Source: Candidatus Omnitrophota bacterium
GTDB lineage: Bacteria > Omnitrophota > Gorgyraeia > Zapsychrales > Zapsychraceae
Length of the DNA stretch: 64,000 nt
Direction: 5' to 3'
NCBI GenBank assembly: GCA_015233405.1
Contig: JADFXT010000008.1
Span: 11,250 to 75,249 of the forward strand
A program made the translations under genes and the position numbers. Positions 44,501-56,500 of this stretch are shown here, in pieces; within the stretch, counting starts at the first letter, position 1, and each line of letters opens with the position of its first letter. The notes beneath the pieces were generated by a model. That model had not been told where the DNA came from. It saw only the letters and a list, made by a program, of their open reading frames with translations, and searched no databases.

Positions 44501-47500
44501 CCCGAGAACTTTTCCAACATTTCCGGCATCGAAAGAAACAGTCTTAGCTGCGTCTTTGATCGCATAACGCGCATACTTCCTGACCAATTCATATGACGGG
44601 CCGTCATAAGACAAAAGGGCCTTGGCCTTCTTGGATAATATTTCGAATTTAAAGTGCCGGCTGCCGGTAAACTTGCTGATGACGTTAAGGTCATAATCGA
44701 AATCGGTGTTTTCAAACATTCGACCAGCTTCGATAATAAAGCTCCTGGCCTGCGCCTTCCAGGCCGTCACCTCATTGGTCCGATCATAAGCTTTGACATG
44801 GGCTTCTTCGTGGATTCTGATTTGATTGAGATATTCTTCTGCGGCGGAATAAACTTTAAGTTTCTTTTCTTTCAATAAGGCCTCAACCGCTTCCACAAAC
44901 ATTTCTTGGGTCAAGCCGTTGGCCCATACCCAACTATCACCAGCGGAGCGGGCAATATCGAATTTGTTGATGTCCGGCGGAACCGCAACTTTATTGGATG
45001 CGACGAGCCATTGGATAATAGTGCGCAGATCGTCAGCCAATAACCCAAATTTCTCTCTGACCATATCAGAGAACCGTTTCTGTTTTGCCGCCTCATCCAT
45101 TGAATCAGGATTGATCGCCTGGAATTTGATCTGTTTAATTGTTTGAAGCTTTTCTTTAATATTTTTCAGTAATGCTTTCTCAGCTTCGGTTAAAACAGAT
45201 TCGCGCGCTTTAAATTCCACTTGCCCATATAAAAGAGTTGCCAAAGGTAGCGGCACGGCATAATCGGACGCGATTTGAGGGCTTGTTAATTCTTCCCCGC
45301 GGCCTTTTCTCTGCTCAATATCTTTTTCTATCTCAGCAATATTAAGGAAACGATCATTTTCTTCTTGGTGAGGATCAAAATCATACCGGCTGACCCCTCG
45401 TCTATTTAATCGCGGTTCTAAGTCGAGCCCAAAAAGCCGAAGTAATCGATAGGTAATGTTGACATAGACTTTTTCAATTAAATGGCTGAATTGATAAATC
45501 GTCATCGTCGGGCTGTTGAGGCTATATTTGAGGGCAAAATTAGAAACATCCAAAACTCGTCGATGATGATAATAAACTTCTTCCCTTGGAAAATTAAGCG
45601 GGTCAAACTGCCAGAGCCATCGGCTGCGGCGAAGGATCATATATTTAACCAAAGCAGGATGATTGGTCATGCGGGCATGAATGTATATGCTGCCGCGACC
45701 ATTGTTCCAGACATTTCCGCGCAAAAGATTATGCGTCGACGGAACAATCTCAATTTGCTTCAAATAAGCAAATACCGCAAGCACGTCTTTATCATTTTTG
45801 CGAACAGCCTCGTCGCGCAATTCCTTTAATAGATAATCTGCTCTTTCTTGAGGTGTCAGATTAAAATACTCAGCGCCATATTTGGTAAAAAGACTATGAG
45901 CAATTCTCGAGATATGTTCGTTGAAATTGAAAACGCCGCTGACAACCATAGACCCGCGGTGGAACACATAACGCGTCATATTTAAGAAAAACGTGCCATA
46001 AAATAATGCAGCAATAAAGAGATTGTTCATCGGTAAGAGATGGACGGCAACATAGTACGTCAGAATATACCCTAGGATTTCTCCAACAAAGTTAATGCCG
46101 CTAAACACATTGACGCTGATCTTTTTTGCGAATAATAATTTCTTTGTGATTTCGCTGAGGAAAATAATGTGCCAATCATACAATATCGGCCCGCGTAAGA
46201 CGGATAAGACAATCGCCAGACGGGTTAAAAAGGACAACCGCGGCATAGAATTACGGTGAACATTTGAGTAAAATTTAAGGGCGTTTTCCAGAGCCATGGT
46301 TAAAGGAACATCTTTGTCATTCATAGCCGCGGTTTTATCATTAACGCTCTTTTCGACGGCATTCACAAGTTCCTGGCTGGAACTCTTAGAGGTCAAGACC
46401 AATTCGTGGCTGGCATTGATGACATAATCATAAAGGCCTTGTTTGATATCAAACGACATTTTCTTAAAGAACGCGTCGGGGATCATGACGGCAGCGCGTA
46501 AACGGGCAATGAGAGTTCCCCATCCTTTTTGTTCGGTTTCCCGGGAGACATATCTGTTTTGAGCGGTTTTCCTGTCCGTAATAACACCGACTTTCCGTGT
46601 CTCAGCTAAATCCCTAAAAATATACGAAGACAGCGCGCCTTCAATGACCAGAACCATGCCTTTAGTTAAGACGGCATCCGGCCCTTCCGACAAACCGTTA
46701 TCACTCCTTCCCAAATATGAGTTCCTGAGCGCCGCAACTTTACCAATGGCTTCCTGAGGATTTTGATTAAGGGTTTTCCTGGACTTCGTCAACCAGTTCA
46801 TAAAATCGTTGATTTTCCGGCCATCGAAAATCGCAGCATAGACCAAAGCCTGGATAAAATTCAGAAGCTTGATCTGAAGCTGCTTGATCGGCGATAAAAC
46901 AAAGTATAATAAAACCAAAACAGCGGCCATCGGTGCAAACAATAGCGGAAGCTTGCGTTTTAAGAACCAGTCTGATTCCAAATGCAACGTCAGATATCCT
47001 TGCGCTTGAAGATATCGTCTGAAATTATATGATAAGCTGGACTTTCCACTTCCCGGCGTACCGTCAAAAATAAACACAGGAACATCTGGGCCTTGAGGCA
47101 GGCCTTTAAATAATTGGTCAAACACCTGCGCTTCTTGCTTCAACTGGTTCGTTTGGGCAGCCAAAGCATTTGTTTCATTGCGTTCCTTCTCGTGGATATC
47201 AATTTGACGCAAGACCCAACTGATTTCATTAGGTAACAAACTGAAAGTTTTTAAGATTGTAACCAGTTCTTTACGTTTGGCAGGGCCCCAGGTGCTGTTA
47301 TCGGCAATGGGCGTATTAAGAACAAGTTCTGTTTCACCGGCAGATAATTGAAGTCTGATTTGTTCATCCGTAAGACCAAATATCGACGGAGGAGCTTTGA
47401 TATGGCCGGATTCTATCAAATATTTGAGAGCGACCTTAAACAAGATATTTCCAAGCCTCATCAAGGAATTGTAAACATAAAATTCTGTCTTATGTTGACC

Positions 47501-50500
47501 TGCTTCGTTATAAACCGCTTTAGTTTTGATAAAATGCTCCACCGGTGAGATCAAACGATTTCCTTCAAAATTGGGCATTAATTCTGCCACTTTTTTCGGT
47601 GTTAAAATCTTCTCATGACCCAACCCCGCCGCTTTCGCCAGCTCTTTTAATCCCTCCTCTGAACCAATAAAAACAATAGAACCTAAAGGATTAGGAATAA
47701 GCGTGCGCTCGGCGTGGGTCTTGCCGCGTTCAAGGTCAATCCACGGAATATGCGCTGCCATTCCTCGCCTTAACCGGGAAACAACGTTCGCGAATTTATC
47801 CTTATTAAAATTACGGAAAATATCAATCGTTCCATCTTCTTCGATGTCTGCAATGGTCCGGTCTTTTAAGAAATTACGGCTATAGCCAACAATGTGGCCT
47901 CCCTGATTTCTTAAAGCATCCACATAAGCCTGGACCTTCGGGCTATCGAGATAATGGACTCTTTCTGTAATAGCCGGATCATAAAGGCTATCGACGGCGA
48001 TAAAAAGAATTGGCTTTATTTGGACTTTCCGGTTCTCAATTTCCTTGATCTTTGCCTTGATATCCGCTGGAAGAATGAGCTTCAGCTGAACCTTATGAAG
48101 ATATTGAAGATACTTTGCCCCTAAAGAAGCAAGATTATAATCATCACGGTCTAAAATGTTTTCTTTTAAGAACACAACAAATTCATCAATCCTTTTCGAC
48201 GCATCCCAGCCGATGTAATGGCGTGCCATGGCCCAAAGGGCATCTTCTCTCACAGAAGGATCCGGATCGGTTAAGATCGTTTTCTTGAATATGCCGACAA
48301 TCCTCCTAAAAATCTCTTCTGATTCTTGATAAGCTTCCGTCGCTGTTTTATCTTTTTCATTGTGGAAACCGCCTAATGCTAAAATGCTGGCCGTTCTGAC
48401 TTCCACGCTTTTCTGCTGAGCGTAATCTGCATTCGCCTCAAGGATGTCGAGCGTATCTTTGATTTCTTGGCGAAGCATCTGCGCGCTACGGACGATTCTA
48501 TGTTCGAAATATTCTTTTATCGATAAGGCGGCATATCTCTTCGTCCAAAACCTCTTTTGGGGATCTTTAAGAATATTCGTCAAGACAGGCAAAGACCTTA
48601 TAGATCTCAATGTTTCTCCGCCGAGCGTACGCACTCCGGCGTCTTCGACGATAGAAAGCGGGTCACGCAAACTGTCATGAAGGATCACGTCGTAAACTTC
48701 ATGACGTTCGTCCTCATGTTTGCTCAGATAATTTGCAAATTTTGCAAATGCTCCGACAGCAACCTTTCTGACCCAGGGGTCTGGATCATGCTGAGCTAAC
48801 TCAAGAAGAAGATCATAAGCCTTTAACGCTGCGTCATCTTTTAACTTATCGCTACGCATAAGCCGACCAAGGAATTTGACCGCAAGCTCTCTAGGCCCGA
48901 TATATTCAAGGCTCGACGCTGTTCTAGGATCATACGGCATAGAGGCGTCCTTCATAAAGACCTCTAAAATAGCCGGACCTTGGTTCTTGAACAAATTCAA
49001 AGAAATATCTTTTTTACCTAAGAAATTCTTTCCTTGCTGGATTTCCTCTTTGACGCGATTCACGAGAGCGGTATATTCCGAATGGTTCAATTCTTTCCTA
49101 AGTGTTTTACGCATAAACCGACGGACAATGAAATAAACAGGGATCGCAATAGGTTCCAAGTGGATAACGAATAAAATGGCAGCCAAAGTCGGGAATCCAA
49201 GGGCGGCAAGGACTAGCGGTCCTAACCAATCATCTATAGCAAAGAGAATAACGATAAAAGCAACAAATCCTAAGCCTTCTTTCATCGCCTTTTTCCATGA
49301 AGCCTTAAACGTCCTAACAGGATGGATGATGTCATCCACAGTTTCTTTTAAATATTTAAAAAAGAAATCCCAAATTTGGCCCAACACCTTTTTCGTCCAA
49401 ATGGAAAATGGCAGGCGCTCACGGTCGTTTTGATAATTTCTAAAAATACGGTCGACGCCGGCGACACCGATTTGGCGCATCACGTTGGTTTTAATAGCCT
49501 TGCCTTTCCAGTACGTGAAAAGCGTAACCCCAACAGCTGCCAAAACAATCAACGCCCATACTTCAGTGTTTAAGCCTAAAATTTTGAAACTCGAGACCGC
49601 GTTAATTGCCGCGAACTTATGAGACTCGGCGCTGGCTAAAGAAACCAATCCGCTTAATCCCAGCGCACTACCAATTAAGGCGACTTGTTTCAAATCGCTT
49701 TTCTTTGAAATAACAGCCGGGACAACAGCTTTATTATTCAACGACGGCTTGATCGATTGTAAAGCCTCGTCCGCGCTCTCGACGATATGAAGCAAATCCG
49801 CATCCTGCGGCTTGATAAGCTGAGCCGATGGGAAACTAATCATGGCTTTAACGACCGCTTCTTTGATCGGCGTCCAGAATTTGCGGCCCACTAGAATAAT
49901 CGGTCTTTTTTCCACTTTACCTGTTTGAGTGATCGCCACAAGGTCGAACAACTGGCTCATGGTCTTAGCTCTTCCGGGCAAGAAAACAAAGGCCGATGAA
50001 TTCTCAGCAAGTAAAATATGCTGATTGGAAAGGTGTGCCGTAAAAATGCTGTTTTTTGTCTGCGTTATGGAATTCAGATCACGAACAGCCACTGTCTCCT
50101 GAATCAAATCCGTTTTTTCGCCTGCGGCATTCTCTAAAATTCGTTTTAAATCTTTATTAACAGTCCCTAATCGCACCGGCACATTGTCAGATAATAACGA
50201 CGACGCTATTTGTCCGGCAATGGCTTCTTCAGATTTGTCCATTAATTCTGATTGTCCGATAAACGTAACGCTTTTTGGTAAGCGGCTTAATCGGCTCAAC
50301 ACCGAGCTAATATCATCGTTAGCTTCTTTGAGCATTTCAGACGAATCGTCAATGGTCTTATAATCAAACGGCGGCGTCTTCAAATATGCAATGGCTTCTT
50401 CTATAGAATCCGTAATGAGCGGCAAGTTCTCTATTTTGTCCATCCAGCCATATTCGCGCCAGCTCTGATAAAAGGATTCCATGATCGGCGTCCAGAAATC

Positions 50501-53500
50501 TTTGCCGAATAATACGACCGGCAATTGCCTATACCAGACTTCGAACAATTCATCCAAGGTGCCGAATCCGCCGGGGAAAACCACGATGCCGCGGCAATTG
50601 TTATAAAGCCCCATTTTTCTGGTCACAAAGTGCTCGAAACGATAAACATCCTCTACGTATTCAGAGGTCTTTTGTTCAAACGGAAGTTGGATCCTAATCC
50701 CTTGTGTTTGATTTACAACGTTTTTCGCTTGACCGGCCGTTGCCCTGGCTTCGATATATCCTTCCAAAGGCGCTTCCATCATCGACGGGCCAGCCCCTGT
50801 CCGAATTTTTAAGCCGGCGTTGTAAATCGCCTTGCCGAGTTCCCGGGCTTTGTCAAAAACAGGACTCGTCGACGGGATTCTCGCGCTTCCAAAAATCGCC
50901 ACGGCCTTCGGCCAAAGTAAGTGAATTTGCCGGACAAGTTTTCGCTCTTCTTGAAATTCTTTAATTAACTTGCTCGTTCGAACATCGACGGGGAAAGGCT
51001 CTTTCTTATTTTTCTTCAACCGCAACCCTGCGCTCAAAAATACCATCACACCCAAAACCTTCAGCATCGGGATAACAGCCGCAGCCAAAAAGTATTGCCA
51101 AGCTCCGCTAAGAATAAAGACCACCATCGCCGCCATACCTATCCACTGCCATCGCCCAGAAACATCTAACATCTTTTCTTCATTTTTAGTTATTCTCGAA
51201 AGAAGCACATTAAAACCATCCAGCGGAGGAACCGGCAAAAGGTTGAGGGTCATTAAAATCAAATTAATAAAAACGACTTGCGATAAGAAGACCTCAAAGC
51301 CCAAATGCCAAGCTCCGGATAAATGAACTAATCCTGTGAAGACAACAGCGAGAATCAAGTTAGCGGCAGGACCGGCAAGAGCGACCCAGAACATCCCTTT
51401 ACGGCCGACTTTAAAAATGTCGACTGGGACCGGCTTTGCCCAACCAAAACTAATTAATAACGGAAGAATGATCGTTCCGAAAAGATCGATATGCGCCAGA
51501 GGATTGAGTGTCAACCGTCCTGCTTTCTTTGCGGTGTCATCCCCAAAACGATAAGCAACATACCCGTGAGCGAATTCATGGAAACTCAAACTGATTAAAA
51601 CAACAGAGATCATCAGAATTCTTTGTAATAAATGCGGTCCAATCAAGGCCATCCCCGTAAAACCAAAGAACATCCAATTTTTAAATGAAGGCTTCTTGAT
51701 CCGCTCAATGACTTTCGAGAGGAATTTATTCGACGATAAAGTCGAATTTATTTTCCCAATAATCTTTTCTCTGTTGTTATAAGCACCCTTAAAACTCGAA
51801 AGCGCTTTTTCGACGGATAAAAATAAAACCTTGCCACCATTTTGTGCTAACTTGGCCAAGGAAATTCCAAGCTCTCGGCTTAATATCGATACAGCGAATG
51901 ACAATATTATGATGCCGACAATTAAAACAGCAATGATTGCCCCGGCAGGAGAAAAAGCTTGAGTAGAACTTGAAATTGCGGCGGTATCGACAACAGCTTG
52001 AGCTGCCCCCAGCGATGATAACCCGCCAGCCGCAGCACCAGCTCCTCCCACAGCCGCCTGAATATGCCCTATCGATAACAAGACCGTGGCCATCAATCCA
52101 CCGACAATGTTACGCTTCATATGGCTTGCTGGTTTTTCTACCCTCGGTGTATCTAAGCAAACTATTTGGCTCTGCGTTGTTTTTTCCGGTGTGGGTTTTT
52201 TAATCTCTTTGTTCAATGACTTAATCACCATCGGCAGAAGTCTTTGAGCTGAGGCATTTTCAAAAGGCTTCTCGGAAAGAATCTTCAATGTCAAAACTTT
52301 CGATTCATTCCTAGAGGAGATAATCTGCATCGCAAAAGTGCTCAAGTCGACATAATGAAGGGTTGCAATAGCTTCCTGATTTTTAGAAATAAGCGCCAGC
52401 GATATTAAAGTATTAATGCTGCGTTCGTCTCCCTTTTCTGCCCCTAATTTAAGCTTCCAAAGTATGCCCGCGGCTTCTTGGGCATACTTATCAGACCCTT
52501 TGGGCAATTCTAGTTGCGCCGTCGTATCCTGTTTGCTAAGAGAAGTGTCGCTGATGGCCGAGGCCGCACGCATTTCAGAAGAAAATAATAAAACCAAAGA
52601 AGCAGCCATTATCGAGGAGAGGAAAAATCTGCGCCCAAATAGAGATTTGCGCTTAAGCGATGTTTCCGGTTTATTAGGCGTATTATCCGCAGGCTTAACA
52701 GCAAAAGCTGGCATCTTTGCAGAGTCAGAAACTTTTACCTCAGGCAGACCAAGTTTAATAAGCGCGCTATAAATCTCAGCATTCTCAATTGAAATCAATC
52801 CATTGGCTTTTACATCTTCAAGAGCTCTGGCGCATTCCAACCATTCCCGCTCATTAATAAGCCCTGTCAAAGCAGTATCGATGTATTTCTCTATATCCTG
52901 GACAGGAAGACATTTCATTTTATTAACATCAATGCTGGCGCCTACAAGCTCTACCCACCAACCATTTTTCTTCATGCCATCTAGAACAATTCTGGCTCGA
53001 CCGGCCATCTGATCCTTGTCGACGTTAAAAATGTCGCATTTCTGTATAACATCCAAACAACCAAGCCAATCATTTCTCTTTGTTAAATTCTCAAAACTGG
53101 TTTCCGCATAGGCAGAAACATTCTTAATAAATCCTTTTTCAAAGCCTTTTAACGCGATGTTCAAATATCCGAAATAATATTTCTGCTTTAAAAGGACGTT
53201 TAAATACGTCATTACGCTGGATTTTGTGTTAATAATATTTTTGTCAATTGCAGTCATAACGACATTGGCGTATTCCCAGAGCATGTTATTATCTTCGAGG
53301 ACAGTAAGATGAGTCTTAATGTCATCTTCCGTCGTCAAGATCCCAGCCGCTATACCTTCCTGGACTTTTTGTGAATATCTCGATATCCAGCCACTTTGCT
53401 CTATACTCTTTAAAGATTGAGCAAATCGTTCCTGGCTATTGTTGAGCGTAAAACCATTTCGAGCAGCTTTGATGACAACATCGGAAAGCTCAGTATAAAA

Positions 53501-56500
53501 TCCATCATTTTCCATTTCTCCAGCAACAGCCTCAAGATACTGCTCTATATCATTTCGCTGGAGTCCTTCCTGAGCCCCGTTCTGAAGAAGTTCATCCACC
53601 AATTTCGCCCATTGCTGATTATTTCTTAACGTAGCCAGCTCAACGATAAACGGTGTTTTCTTGTGCCAAAGCTTCACGGCAAATTTACTATGCTGACTCC
53701 TGTATAAAATATATGCCGGCGCGGCAATCATGCCCAAGAGACCAATAACAATCATGGCTATCGATAGATAAATATTTAAATGGCTCGTGAATCCGATTGT
53801 TTGGCCTGCATCAGCAAACAATGCGCCGGCGCTCAAAAGAATGGACAGCGTTAAAGTCGAAAGCATGTTGAGATTAAAATTGGTACTATTTTTTCCTGTC
53901 TTCTGCGCTTTATCCGATTTGACATTCTCTGCTGGTTTTGAAACAACAGCCGTCTGAGATTTTTCAGTTTGCCGACGAGATTCATTCTTCATGGATGCAT
54001 TGATGATGCCTAAAACCTCTTCAGCGCTATCAACGACTCTCAGTAAATTCTTATCCTCTTCACTGATCAATTGAACGGATGAATTAAACATGGATTTGAT
54101 CATCACATCTTTGATCGGCTGCCAGAATTCCCTGCCGACTAAAAGAACCGGCCGCTTCTCAACCTTGAGTGTTTGCATGACCGTCAAGACATCAAAAAGA
54201 CAGCCTAATGTTTTTACTCTTCCAGGGACAAAAATAAGGCCTAGAGAATTCTTGACGAGAATAACGCGATGATTAGAAATATTACGCAGAACAATTCGAC
54301 CTGGTTTCTGAACAATATGGATTTCACGAGGATAGGAAACCGTTGATAAAACCATCTGAGCGTTCTCTCCGGCGGCATTCTTCACAATTCGCTTTAAAGG
54401 ACGATTCGCCGTGCCCAACCGCACAGGAACACCTTCAGACAATAAGGACGTGGCTGTTTTCGCAATAATTTCCCTTTCATTCATATCTAAGAACCTCGAT
54501 CGTCCAATGATCGTCACGCTCGGCGGAAGCTGGTCTAATTTCGATGCGGCAGATTCCAAATCCTCACTGGCCGCTTGAACATCCTCGATGGATTCTTTAC
54601 GTGCTTCAAACGAAGTCGAACTTAAATATTTGATCGCCTCTTTGGCTGAATCCGTGATAAACGGCCTTGGGCCAACCTGATCTACCCATCCGTATTTCTC
54701 CCATGTTGCATAAAGAGTATCAATGATCGGCGTCCAAAAATCTCTGCCGACGAGAACGAGCGGCAAATCTCTTTTCCAAACTTCAAACAATTCATCCATA
54801 GTGCCGAATCCGCCCGGCATAACGACGATGCCGCGGCAATTATCATAAAGGCCTCTTTTTCTGGTCACAAAATAATTGAATTCGTAATTCTCTTCTACAT
54901 ACGGAGAAATTTTGGCCTCAAAAGGAAGCTGAATACTAATCCCTTGTGTCTGATTTTTCTCATTTCTTTCCACGTTAGCGGCTTGTCTTGCTTCGATATA
55001 TCCCTTAAGAGGAGCTTCCATCATTGACGGGCCAGCTCCTGTCCTTGGGACAAAGCCTGCTTTAAATATCTCAGCGCCAATCTCCTCGCCTTTTACAAAA
55101 ATAGGATTTGAAGGAGGGATCCTGGCACTGCCGAAAATGACGATCGCCGGTGACCAACGGGAATGAATTTGAGAAACGCGTTGTCGTTCTTTCTTAATCT
55201 CATTCAACATGCCGTTTTCATTCTTGGCCTGAGGAACAGACGGTGTTTCTACTAAACGAGCTGATGATTTTTTAGCAGTACGAACAAACACCTTCTTAGG
55301 GGCAGGCTTAAAAGCGGCCTTTGTATGCGCAATAGCAAGGGCCTCAGTCCTTTGATCCATAGCTAAATGGGAAACGATCTCATGGAAGAAAATCTTAAGT
55401 TGTTCAGGATCATTTCTAATGCTGGTATGCAGATAAATGATGCGGCTATCCATAACCACCCTGGCGCGGCGGCTTCCCACTAAATGCATGTCGGTTGTGA
55501 ATATAAACTGAATGGACGGAAGGATCTCTAAAACTTGATTGACCAATTCTTGCGGACCTGCCCGAGTCACTTGAGCAATGACATCTGAAACATTTTTCTG
55601 AATAATTTCATAGAATTCGATCGGCAAGCCGTCGGGAATGAATTCTTTCTTAAGCATCTCAAGCGTGACCGCAGGAAAAACCGTCTTTTTCCCAAACCAT
55701 CTTTTCTCCAATGTCTGCTGACTTGGCGATACCAATTTATAATAATTTAATAAATTCTTTCGGCCGGATCGAATAGACGCTTGAGCTTTGATCTTTGCTA
55801 AAGTCGCCACTCCCAAATTCTTTGCCTTATCCATAACGGGTTTCCGCAAAGCTTTCCTTTGTTGGAAAATATTATATTCCTTATTATCTTTCATTATGCT
55901 TGCAATAAAATCTTCCCTATCCTTAAGGACCACGTTCTTATGGTCAACGTGCTCTCCTCTAGCTCGAGCTTCCTTAATCATGCTTTCTGAGATCTGATCA
56001 GGAAAGCCCTCAGCAAAAATAAATTTCTTGATACCCATATTCAGCGCCATTTCCACACATTGACGGCAAGGGTCATGCGTCGCATAAAGAGTGGCCTCGC
56101 TGAAGTCTTCGATTTTTCCTTCTAAGTATGCCATGATGATGGCCTTTTGCTCCGCGCAAACTGAACGTCTTAAGTCCGACCGGTTATCCCTGATGTCCAA
56201 AGCAATCTCTCCGTTTTGATAATAAGAAACATAATCCTTGAAATTAAGCATGACATCATCCTGCCGTATATCTCCGCCCATGACATCTGTATCCGTCTTT
56301 TGATAAATAGACGGGCCATTAAACCCAATGCCGCGAATAATACCATTTTCAACCAAAACCGCTCCGACATTAGCAATCTCTTGTTTATTAAAGTGGCTGA
56401 ACGCAGCAGCGTACGCAAGCTTCAACCATTTTTCATCAGTATTTTCCAAAGAAGCAAATTTCTTTTCCAAAGCGTCCTTTAAAGCAACTAGATTTTCATA

